Origin: an uncultured bacterium
GTDB taxonomy: Bacteria > Verrucomicrobiota > Kiritimatiellia > RFP12 > UBA1067
Assembly: GCA_942493055.1 (NCBI GenBank)
Contig: OW818680.1
Span: forward strand, 4,105,902 to 4,169,901
DNA: 64,000 nucleotides
Direction of reading: 5' to 3'
This document shows positions 40,977-49,833 of this stretch, piece after piece. The notes beneath the pieces were generated by a model, which was given only the letters and a program-made list of their open reading frames with translations, did not search any database and had not been told where the DNA came from. Each line of letters starts with the position of its first letter. Position 1 is the first letter of the stretch. Position numbers and translations under genes: made by a program.

Positions 40977-43900
40977 ATGAAAACAAAAGCAGTCATGATG
41001 TTGGTGATGATGTTAGCAGGGATAGGCATTGCGAATACGGAAGAGACGTTGATGGAAGTCAATTTGCCTTCTACTCCCTTGGGGAGTGGCACGGGCCTTC
41101 TGCTCTGGAACCGGCTGGGTTCCACGAATGAAGTGAACAACAGCGAGGTCGGTCCCAATGGCACGCTGAACGCTGGAAGTTTTGTCGATGGCCCTTTTGG
41201 CAAAGCCGTTGAGCTGAATATGCAGGAGCAGATGGGCGTCACCTTCCCACCGACAATTGTGCCCGGCCCTGATGGTTGCATCGAGTTCTGGGCAAAACTG
41301 ACCGGTTTTTCCGGAACCATTCGGCAACCGGGTGGTATATGGCCAGGTCTGGTCGCGGCGCGCAATCAGTCAGGATCTGATGATTTTGCACTTTTCTATT
41401 GCTCCAACGATGGGGCCGCGAACGGGGGCATCTGTGCTAGAGTTGCTGGTCTGGGTCATACTGGAACAGGATATTTCGGATATTGGACTTATGAAAGCGC
41501 GCTCAAGACGAATGCTGTCACCGATTGGCATCACTACGCTATTGTGTGGGCGTCTCAAGGTATTCCAGGGGTTGACAACGGCCAACGGAAAGCGGCTGTT
41601 TATGTTAATGGTAAACTCAATTCCAGCTACTGGGGAGGGGGCACCGGCTCACAGTTGGCCATCCCGACAAACGGACTCTTTGGTCTGCTGACCCATCAAG
41701 GCGTTCCGTCGGGAAGTGTCGCCTTCGACAATATCAAGATATGGAATCATTCTAAGACGAATTTCAGTGACCGGTTTACTGAGGATGCTGGCAGTTTAGT
41801 TAAGGCAAAGAAACTATTCTTATGGGGCAATAATATCTATGGGCAATGCACAATTCCAGCCGACGTAACCAATGTAGCTACCGTGGCAACAGCCGGCTGG
41901 CACACCCTTGCTATAAAGGCTGATGGGACGGTGGTAGCTTGGGGGTCAAACAACGCCGGGCAATGCAATATACCAAGCGATCTGGGGACAGGTGTCAAAG
42001 CGATTGGAGGCGGGGGCAGGCACAGTTTTGCTATCAAGAGCGATGGGACTGTTCGGGCCTGGGGATACAATGTAAATGGTCAATGTAATGTGCCTGCAGG
42101 TCTTTCTGGCGTGATAGCCGTTGATGCTGACTCTTTCCACACGATTGCGCTGAAAAGTGATGGAACGGTTGTGGTCTGGGGAAGTAATTTTTATGGTGAA
42201 GGAAATGTTCCTGCGGATCTTTCTAATGTAACACAGATTTCCGCTGGGCATTGCTTTAATATTGTGAGAAAGAGTGACGGTACGGTTGCCGCTTGGGGAC
42301 AAAACAGTTCTGGGCAATGCACAATGCCTCCTGGCCTGTCGGGCGTCAAGAGCGTTGCTGCTGGAGCCGCCCATAGTCTGGCCCTCAAAGACGATGGAAC
42401 AATTGTTGCGTGGGGTGATAACAGTCAAGGGCAGTGCAATGTGCCTGCTGGCCTTTCAAATGTAACGGCTATTGTTGCTGGATGGCATCACACTGTAGCA
42501 CTGAAGAGTGATGGGGCAATTGTCATGTGGGGAAACAATGACGATAACAAATGTGTAGTTCCTGCAGGACTTGCGAAAGCAGTGTTCATTGCTGCGGGTG
42601 AACAATTTACAGGTGCTTTAGTGGATACAAGCCTAGTGCCTGTTACGCTAACAGTATCCTTTAATTCCCAGGGTGGAAGTCCTGTGGATAGCAAGGTCTG
42701 CGCAGAAAACACGCTTTACGGAGTGCTGCCTATACCAACACGAGACGGATATACTTTTGATGGCTGGTTTAAAGATGAAGCATATACGTTGCCGGTTTCT
42801 GCTGACATGTCAGTCAGCACAGAGAGTCATGTGCTTTATGCCAAGTGGACCGCAGCGCCAACCTCTGGCAGTGGCCTTCTGCTCTGGAACCGGCTTGGCT
42901 CCACGAACGAAGTGCGGAACAGCGAGATCGGCCCCAATGGTACGCTGAACGCCGGGCGTTTTGTGGACGGACCTTTTGGCAAAGCCGTTGAGCTGAATAT
43001 GCAGGAGCAGATGGGCGTCACCTTCCCACCGACAATTGTGCCCGGCCCTGATGGTTGCATTGAGTTCTGGGCCAAACTGACCGGTTTTTCCGGAACCATT
43101 CGGCAACCGGGTGGTATATGGCCAGGTCTGGTCGCGGCGCGCAATCAGTCAGGATCTGATGATTTTGCACTTTTCTATTGCTCCAACGATGGGGCCGCGA
43201 ACGGGGGCATCTGTGCTAGAGTTGCTGGTCTGGGGCATACTGGAACAGGATATTTCGGATATTGGACTTATGAAAGCGCGCTCAAGACGAATGCTGTCAC
43301 CGATTGGCATCACTACGCTATTGTGTGGGCGTCTCAAGGTATTCCAGGGGTTGACAACGGCCAACGGAAAGCGGCTGTTTATGTTAATGGTAAACTCAAT
43401 TCCAGCTACTGGGGAGGGGGCACCGGCTCACAAATGGCCATCCCGACAAACGGACTCTTTGGTCTGCTGACCCATCAAGGCGTTCCGTCGGGAAGTGTCG
43501 CCTTCGACAATATCAAGATATGGAATCATTCTAAGACGAATTTCAGTGACCGGTTTAATGAAAATGCGGGTGATCTCCGAAGGTTCTTGTCTATTGTTGA
43601 AGCCCGCGGCGAGGCTATTCCGGGCAATGGTGTCCAAATGTACACCTACGGTGCTAGTGTTAATGCTAATGTACCTGCGACGGTCACGGATGGGGGCGTG
43701 CGTTATACCTGCATTGGGGCAGCCGTTGACGGAAACCAATTCACACAGGCAGGACCTACGAATGTCACGATGATGTTGACGAACAACGCGACATTGACAT
43801 GGCTGTGGCAGACCGAATACCTGCTTCAGGTTACGACGAATGGGAACGGGTTCGTCAATGCCGCCGCAGGTTGGCATGTTGCAGGCAACAATCTCCAGTT

Positions 43901-45530
43901 GACTCCCGTGCCTGCTGTGGGATGGACGTTTGAGGGGTGGGCAGGGGAGACGAATGGATGCGTCATGGAGGGCAGTGTGCTCAATGTGGCGATGACACAG
44001 CCTCGCAGCATTTCCGCCAGCTTTGCTTTAGCGACCGCCCTGCTGACCTTTAATCCGCAGGGGGGCGCTGTCACTCCGGGTACGAAGACAGTCACCTTTG
44101 ACAACGCGTACGGCGATCTGCCGATGGCTGAGCGTCCGGATTACCTGTTCAAGGGCTGGTGGACAGGCGTAAACGGCCAAGGGACGCAGATCCTGGCATC
44201 CTCTGTGGTCGCGATCGCCGGGGACCATACGCTCTATGCGAACTGGGAGAAGATCCCCCTGCTGTGCAAGCCGGGAGTGGAAACCCCGTTGACGACACTG
44301 GGCGGATACGAAGGCTTCTTATACAGCGAAGGCGACTTTGATGGCACCTCCACAATTGAGGTGAGGGGCACCGTGACTATGTCGGTTTCCCGGCGCAACG
44401 AAAGTGTCAACATAACCGCAAAGATCCGTGTGCAGGACAAATCCCTGATGTTTAAGAGCCCTGTATTGACTGCGGCCGATCCTGAGGATGTCAGCCGTGC
44501 AGTGATGACCGCGCAGGGAGGCGAGATCCTGGACCTCTCTGTCGGGCAGACCCGTTTCTGGGGCACGCTCTCCGGCGGCTCGCTGGGAGGCGAAGTACTT
44601 GTCGTAGACGGTATGCGGAATCGCTTTGCTGACCGTCAGGATGTTGAGGCGCAGGCGATACTCAATACGTTCCGCGGCTATTATACGCTCGCGCTGCCCG
44701 CATACGGCGCGCTGTCGCTGGGCGAGGCCGAGGCGGCCCCCGAGGGGAGCGGCTATCTGACGATCACCGTCGGCAACCAGGGCCATGTCAACATCAGCGG
44801 CGTGCTGGCTGACGGGACGAAATTCTCAAAGTCGAGCAGCCTGATCCTCTTCGACGGGTGCGGCCCCGAGGCCTGCGTGCCGCTCTTTATGCCGCTCTAC
44901 GCGCAGAAGGGCTGCATCAGCGGACTGCTCTGGTTCGACCCTGTCAAGCGGACCATTGTGACTGACCGCGACTTGAGCTGGTTCTTGCGGTGGGAGAAGC
45001 CGGGCTCCGGGATGGATGGCTTCAGCGAGTTGCTCGAGGCCTGCGGCGGCTTCTACAGCTCGCTTGACGCCCTCTCCGTCCATTACCGCTTCAGCGCCGG
45101 GGCAAATGCGGTACCCTACTACTACATGGGCGGCTTCGCATCCATCCAGCCGGTCTTCCCGTCAGACATAAATGTGGCTGCTGACGGCACGCGTCTGGTC
45201 ATCACCAAGGGTGTCGCGCCTCTCCTGGTAAACGGAGCCTACACCTACTCGGCTTCCGAGAACGCTTCGATGGCGACGCTCTCCTTCCGGGCGGCCACCG
45301 GCATCTTTAGCGGCAATTTCAAGCTCTATTACGACTACACCGCACAGGAGAGGGCACACCACAAGTCCGTGACTGTGCAATACTCCGGCATCCTCGTGCC
45401 AAGGCGATCCGAGGTCTTCGACGATCTGCCCGCAGGCCTGGGGTTCTATCTTGTCCCGGACAGCAATCCCGCCCTTGGACCTCTGCGCCCGAAACGCTCC
45501 TATCCGATCGAACTGGACGCCGGGCGGTAA
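40977..45530 (+). CDS. Large secreted modular protein: LamG-like, RCC1 repeats, B-repeat, second LamG-like, B-repeats, shared C-terminal domain
   Basis: Signal MKTKAVMMLVMMLAGIGIA; DWHHYAIVW...VYVNG and AFDNIKIW; repeated ALKxDGTVVAWGxN; SFNSQGGS...FDGW. Start moved to ATG 40977. Confidence 0.85.
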   Translation: MKTKAVMMLVMMLAGIGIANTEETLMEVNLPSTPLGSGTGLLLWNRLGSTNEVNNSEVGPNGTLNAGSFVDGPFGKAVELNMQEQMGVTFPPTIVPGPDGCIEFWAKLTGFSGTIRQPGGIWPGLVAARNQSGSDDFALFYCSNDGAANGGICARVAGLGHTGTGYFGYWTYESALKTNAVTDWHHYAIVWASQGIPGVDNGQRKAAVYVNGKLNSSYWGGGTGSQLAIPTNGLFGLLTHQGVPSGSVAFDNIKIWNHSKTNFSDRFTEDAGSLVKAKKLFLWGNNIYGQCTIPADVTNVATVATAGWHTLAIKADGTVVAWGSNNAGQCNIPSDLGTGVKAIGGGGRHSFAIKSDGTVRAWGYNVNGQCNVPAGLSGVIAVDADSFHTIALKSDGTVVVWGSNFYGEGNVPADLSNVTQISAGHCFNIVRKSDGTVAAWGQNSSGQCTMPPGLSGVKSVAAGAAHSLALKDDGTIVAWGDNSQGQCNVPAGLSNVTAIVAGWHHTVALKSDGAIVMWGNNDDNKCVVPAGLAKAVFIAAGEQFTGALVDTSLVPVTLTVSFNSQGGSPVDSKVCAENTLYGVLPIPTRDGYTFDGWFKDEAYTLPVSADMSVSTESHVLYAKWTAAPTSGSGLLLWNRLGSTNEVRNSEIGPNGTLNAGRFVDGPFGKAVELNMQEQMGVTFPPTIVPGPDGCIEFWAKLTGFSGTIRQPGGIWPGLVAARNQSGSDDFALFYCSNDGAANGGICARVAGLGHTGTGYFGYWTYESALKTNAVTDWHHYAIVWASQGIPGVDNGQRKAAVYVNGKLNSSYWGGGTGSQMAIPTNGLFGLLTHQGVPSGSVAFDNIKIWNHSKTNFSDRFNENAGDLRRFLSIVEARGEAIPGNGVQMYTYGASVNANVPATVTDGGVRYTCIGAAVDGNQFTQAGPTNVTMMLTNNATLTWLWQTEYLLQVTTNGNGFVNAAAGWHVAGNNLQLTPVPAVGWTFEGWAGETNGCVMEGSVLNVAMTQPRSISASFALATALLTFNPQGGAVTPGTKTVTFDNAYGDLPMAERPDYLFKGWWTGVNGQGTQILASSVVAIAGDHTLYANWEKIPLLCKPGVETPLTTLGGYEGFLYSEGDFDGTSTIEVRGTVTMSVSRRNESVNITAKIRVQDKSLMFKSPVLTAADPEDVSRAVMTAQGGEILDLSVGQTRFWGTLSGGSLGGEVLVVDGMRNRFADRQDVEAQAILNTFRGYYTLALPAYGALSLGEAEAAPEGSGYLTITVGNQGHVNISGVLADGTKFSKSSSLILFDGCGPEACVPLFMPLYAQKGCISGLLWFDPVKRTIVTDRDLSWFLRWEKPGSGMDGFSELLEACGGFYSSLDALSVHYRFSAGANAVPYYYMGGFASIQPVFPSDINVAADGTRLVITKGVAPLLVNGAYTYSASENASMATLSFRAATGIFSGNFKLYYDYTAQERAHHKSVTVQYSGILVPRRSEVFDDLPAGLGFYLVPDSNPALGPLRPKRSYPIELDAGR
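41094..41778 (+). repeat. 685-bp intragenic direct repeat, copy 1 (LamG-like domain)
   Basis: Near-identical to 42873-43557; offset 1779 bp, in frame. Confidence 0.95.
42873..43557 (+). repeat. 685-bp intragenic direct repeat, copy 2
   Basis: See 41094-41778. Confidence 0.95.
44064..45530 (+). repeat. 1467-bp direct repeat, copy 1 (C-terminal cassette)
   Basis: Colinear with 46640-48106 at constant offset 2576 up to the stop codons. Confidence 0.95.
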
Positions 45531-45577
45531 AGTGTGAAATTAGTGCTAAATAATCGATGTCCATCTGAGAAAAGGAG

Positions 45578-48106
45578 ATGAATATGTTTAATGTCATGAA
45601 GTGTATCTTCTTGGGCGTGATGTTATTTTCGGCAGTGGAATCTTTTGCTTACAGCAGAGAAGGCCTGATTGCCGAATATGATTTTACGGACAACTCAGCT
45701 TTGGATACCAGTGGAAATGGAAATCATGGAATTATCCATAATGTGCAGACTACTGAAGATCGAGTTGGAAACGCAAGATCAGCCATGCTTTTTAATGGAC
45801 AGGATGCGTGGATTGAGATACCCAGCAGTGCACACTATAATTCTCTTTCCAACATAACAGTTTCATTATGGATTTGTCCCCAAAAAGGGCCGAATGGAGA
45901 GACTCGTCCTGGAACTGCTCTTATCAGCAAACAGCCATCAGGGCCTCGTTCCAGAAGCCATACACCATACAATTCTGGGCATGGGGGACTTTTTGATTTA
46001 GACCTTTGTTATCAAGATAATTCCTTGAAACTCTATTTTTGCTCTCAGTTTAGCGGCGTCGGCTCAGAGGGGCATATCGCCAATATGACCTCTTTGGAAT
46101 ATTATCAATGGCAGCACATTGCTATCACTGCAAACCGATCAGAAAACCGTGTCAGATTTTATGTCAACGGCGAACTTGTAGATGATGCTATTTATTCTTT
46201 GTATATCAACATAGGACGAATCCTTTCTCAAATTAATGACGAGCCTATACGTATCGGAAAGCGTAAGGATGCTGATTTTGATCCATCCATTTACTACTTG
46301 GGGGTCATGGACGACATCAAGATTTATGATCGGGCTCTATTGGCCAGTGAAATAGAAGCATTAGCGGTTGTTGGCAACTATATTGTTACGCTCAACTCCA
46401 ATGATGGTTCTGGCCGATCAAGCAATGTACTTGTCGCCTATAATCAGCCCATGCCCGAAGCACCAACACCTTTACGGACTGGGTGGAGCTTTACTGGTTA
46501 TTTTGACTCGCCGGAGGGTGGCGTCCAATATTATATGCCAACCATGGCCAGCGCTTGCAGCTGGCTAAACGCAAGCAATATGACTCTTTACGCGCACTGG
46601 ACCGCGAACAGCTATACACTGAATTTGAACGCGGGAGTTGGCGCTGTCACTCCGAGTACGAAGACAGTCACCTTTGACAACGCGTACGGCGATCTGCCGA
46701 TGGCTGAGCGTCCGGATTACCTGTTCAAGGGCTGGTGGACAGGCGTAAACGGCCAAGGGACGCAGATCCTGGCATCCTCTGTGGTCGCGATCGCCGGGGA
46801 CCATACGCTCTATGCGAACTGGGAGAAGATCCCCCTGCTGTGCAAGCCGGGAGTGGAAACCCCGTTGACGACACTGGGCGGATACGAAGGCTTCTTATAC
46901 AGCGAAGGCGACTTTGATGGCACCTCCACAATTGAGGTGAGGGGCACCGTGACTATGTCGGTTTCCCGGCGCAACGAAAGTGTCAACATAACCGCAAAGA
47001 TCCGTGTGCAGGACAAATCCCTGATGTTTAAGAGCCCTGTATTGACTGCGGCCGATCCTGAGGATGTCAGCCGTGCAGTGATGACCGCGCAGGGAGGCGA
47101 GATCCTGGACCTCTCTGTCGGGCAGACCCGTTTCTGGGGCACGCTCTCCGGCGGCTCGCTGGGAGGCGAAGTACTTGTCGTAGACGGTATGCGGAATCGC
47201 TTTGCTGACCGTCAGGATGTTGAGGCGCAGGCGATACTCAATACGTTCCGCGGCTATTATACGCTCGCGCTGCCCGCATACGGCGCGCTGTCGCTGGGCG
47301 AGGCCGAGGCGGCCCCCGAGGGGACCGGCTATCTGACGATCACCGTCGGCAACCAGGGCCATGTCAACATCAGCGGCGTGCTGGCTGACGGGACGAAATT
47401 TTCAAAGTCGAGCACCCTGATCCTCTTCGACGGGTGCGGCCCCGAGGCCTGCGTGCCGCTCTTTGTGCCGCTCTACGCGCAGAAGGGGTGGCTGAGCGGA
47501 CTGCTCTGGTTCGATCCCGTCAAGCGGACCATTGTGACCGACCGCGACCTGAGCTGGTTCCTGCGGTGGGAGAAGCCGGGATCCGGGATGGACGGCTTCA
47601 GCGAACTGCTCGAGGCCTGCGGCGGCTTCTACAGCACGCTTGAAGCCCTGTCCGGCCATTACCGCTTCAGCGCCGGGACGAATGCGGTGCCCTATTTCTA
47701 CAATGGAGGCTTCGCCAACATACAGTCCGTCTTCCCGTCAGATATAAACGTGGCTGCGGACGGCACGCGTCTGGTCATCACCAAGGGAGTCGCGCCTCTC
47801 CTGGTAAACGGAGCCTACACCTACTCGGCCTCCGAGAACAGCTCGATGGCGACGCTAACCTTCCGGGAGGCCACCGGCATCTTTAGCGGCAATTTCAAGG
47901 TGTACTATGATTACACCGCGCAGGAGAGGTTCCGCCACAGGGCAGTGACTGTGCAATACTCCGGCGTCCTCGTGATGCGGCGTTCGGAGGTCTTCGACGA
48001 CCTGCCAGCAGGCCTGGGGTTCTATCTTGTCCCGGACAACAATCCCGCCCTTGCGCCTCAGAGCCTGAAACGCTCCTATCCGATCGAACTGGATTCCAAG
48101 CGGTAA
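45578..48106 (+). CDS. Secreted LamG-like protein with B-repeats and the shared C-terminal domain
   Basis: Signal peptide; GLIAEYDF...ALDTSGNGNHG, WQHIAIT, YLGVMDDIKIYDRAL; C-terminal ~490 aa nearly identical to the upstream gene. Confidence 0.85.
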   Translation: MNMFNVMKCIFLGVMLFSAVESFAYSREGLIAEYDFTDNSALDTSGNGNHGIIHNVQTTEDRVGNARSAMLFNGQDAWIEIPSSAHYNSLSNITVSLWICPQKGPNGETRPGTALISKQPSGPRSRSHTPYNSGHGGLFDLDLCYQDNSLKLYFCSQFSGVGSEGHIANMTSLEYYQWQHIAITANRSENRVRFYVNGELVDDAIYSLYINIGRILSQINDEPIRIGKRKDADFDPSIYYLGVMDDIKIYDRALLASEIEALAVVGNYIVTLNSNDGSGRSSNVLVAYNQPMPEAPTPLRTGWSFTGYFDSPEGGVQYYMPTMASACSWLNASNMTLYAHWTANSYTLNLNAGVGAVTPSTKTVTFDNAYGDLPMAERPDYLFKGWWTGVNGQGTQILASSVVAIAGDHTLYANWEKIPLLCKPGVETPLTTLGGYEGFLYSEGDFDGTSTIEVRGTVTMSVSRRNESVNITAKIRVQDKSLMFKSPVLTAADPEDVSRAVMTAQGGEILDLSVGQTRFWGTLSGGSLGGEVLVVDGMRNRFADRQDVEAQAILNTFRGYYTLALPAYGALSLGEAEAAPEGTGYLTITVGNQGHVNISGVLADGTKFSKSSTLILFDGCGPEACVPLFVPLYAQKGWLSGLLWFDPVKRTIVTDRDLSWFLRWEKPGSGMDGFSELLEACGGFYSTLEALSGHYRFSAGTNAVPYFYNGGFANIQSVFPSDINVAADGTRLVITKGVAPLLVNGAYTYSASENSSMATLTFREATGIFSGNFKVYYDYTAQERFRHRAVTVQYSGVLVMRRSEVFDDLPAGLGFYLVPDNNPALAPQSLKRSYPIELDSKR
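46640..48106 (+). repeat. 1467-bp direct repeat, copy 2
   Basis: See 44064-45530. Confidence 0.95.
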
Positions 48107-48168
48107 AGACAGTTGAAATGACCCTGACCCTCGACAGAGGTTAAAACGATAAGTGGAGTTTTATTGCC

Positions 48169-48197
48169 TTGATTTCTCCGAACGGGAGATTTAAACT
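48169..48197 (+). promoter_or_regulatory. sigma70-type promoter, family A
   Basis: TTGATT-tctccgaacgggagatt(17)-TAAACT. Confidence 0.6.
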
Positions 48198-48254
48198 AAA
48201 TTCACTAAATTGAAAAATCGTCTCGATAAAACGTCAAAGAAAGCGAAGCAAGCC

Positions 48255-49820
48255 ATGAGAATAAAAGCAGTTATGATGATGGTGATGATGGGTTCCGGTT
48301 GGGTGATGGCCAATACAGCTCCTACCCCTGTGATTGAATCCTGCGCCATGCGGCCGGGAACGACGTTGATGGAGGTCACCTATCGCGTAAACGACCCGGA
48401 TGACGCACGGGTGAGCGCCTTCCCTCTGGCCTTCGTGGACGGCGTGCGGTCGTTTGCCAAAGTGCTCAGGCCCACGACCTTTGTGGATGGCACAGGAGCC
48501 AATTTAGGAACCAACGTGGCGGCCAATGTCAGCCATCAGCTTGTGTGGGATGTGGGCGCTGACTGGGATGTCGAATTGGGGAACATCAAGTTCGAGATCA
48601 TCTGTAAGGACGCACGCGGACTGCTCCCGCTCGAATGGCTCGCAATCCCTGCGACTGCGACGACCGAAGCCCTGACCATCAGCAAAAACGCACCGACGGA
48701 CGCGGAAGTGCTCAATGCCCTCTTTTTCCAGTATGCGATGCGCGATACCGGGCTGAATGTTGCTACGAATGGTCTTGTGAGGGGCTCGGCAACCAGCGGT
48801 GCCTTTAGCGGAGCTGAGCTGGTCAATGGCACAGCACTCAAGACTTATGCAGCACCCTATATCATGAAGCAGATGAACCTACAGCCTGCTGATCGTGCGG
48901 ATGTCAACTTAGCTGTTGCTGCTCGTTCCGGTATTATGGGGACCAATGCATGGCACGCCCTCAGCAAGTCATACACCGGCATACCTGCTATGGTGGTGTG
49001 GGGAAACAGTGACCCGATTCTTTCAGTTCCGGCTGGCCTGATTAATGTCGTCTCCGCTGTTTCGGGTGGAAGCCATATTATTGTGCTGAAGAGTGATGGT
49101 ACACTCGTGATGTGGGGGTCTAATGATTTTGGGCAGTGCAACATTCCAAGCAGTGCAACGAATGTGATTGCGGTTGCAGGAGGAAACACCCATAGTCTAG
49201 CCTTGAGGAGAGACGGGACAGTAGTGGCTTGGGGGTATAATGGTGAGGGTCGATGCAATGTGCCTGCTGGCGCGACGAATGTAGTGGCTTTTGGCTTAGG
49301 AGAAGAAACGGGACACAATTTGGTGATAAAGGGGGATGGTACGGTCGTGGCGTGGGGATACAATGGAAGTGGTCAATGCAATGTTCTTCCCGGCCTTTCA
49401 AACGTCACTGCAGTGGCTGCAGGACTTTATCACAGTTTAGCGCTCAAGAGCAATGGAACGGTAGTAGCATGGGGCTATAATGGTCACAATCAATGCAGCG
49501 TACCCGCCAGCCTGACGAATGTCACGGCGATAGCTGCTGGAAATGAACATAGTCTGGCTTTAAAGAGCAACGGTATGGTTGTTGCTTGGGGCTATAATGT
49601 TCAAGGTCAATGTAATGTCCCTGCTGGCTTGACGAATGTGGTGGCGATTGCAGCAGGAACAGAGAGCAGCATCGCTCTTAAAAGCGATGGCACAGTCGTG
49701 ACGTGGGGGGGGAACAGTTATGGCCAACGCGTTATTCCCGCAGGGCTGTCAAATGTGAAGACGATTGCATCAGGGTGCTTTCATAATCTGTCAGTGAGTA
49801 CTGAACCGTCAGCGGATTAA
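48255..49820 (+). CDS. Secreted protein: Ig-like N-terminal domain plus RCC1-like beta-propeller
   Basis: Signal MRIKAVMMMVMMGSGWVMA; PVIESCAMRPGTTLMEVTYRVNDPD; repeated HSLALKSNGTVVAWGYN. Start moved to ATG 48255. Confidence 0.85.
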   Translation: MRIKAVMMMVMMGSGWVMANTAPTPVIESCAMRPGTTLMEVTYRVNDPDDARVSAFPLAFVDGVRSFAKVLRPTTFVDGTGANLGTNVAANVSHQLVWDVGADWDVELGNIKFEIICKDARGLLPLEWLAIPATATTEALTISKNAPTDAEVLNALFFQYAMRDTGLNVATNGLVRGSATSGAFSGAELVNGTALKTYAAPYIMKQMNLQPADRADVNLAVAARSGIMGTNAWHALSKSYTGIPAMVVWGNSDPILSVPAGLINVVSAVSGGSHIIVLKSDGTLVMWGSNDFGQCNIPSSATNVIAVAGGNTHSLALRRDGTVVAWGYNGEGRCNVPAGATNVVAFGLGEETGHNLVIKGDGTVVAWGYNGSGQCNVLPGLSNVTAVAAGLYHSLALKSNGTVVAWGYNGHNQCSVPASLTNVTAIAAGNEHSLALKSNGMVVAWGYNVQGQCNVPAGLTNVVAIAAGTESSIALKSDGTVVTWGGNSYGQRVIPAGLSNVKTIASGCFHNLSVSTEPSAD

Positions 49821-49833
49821 GCAGATAAACATC

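Noticed and set aside
44064-48106. Diversity-generating retroelement TR/VR pair
   Set aside because: The differences I compared are mostly synonymous and involve all bases rather than adenines; no reverse transcriptase is in the window. The same holds for the LamG repeats.
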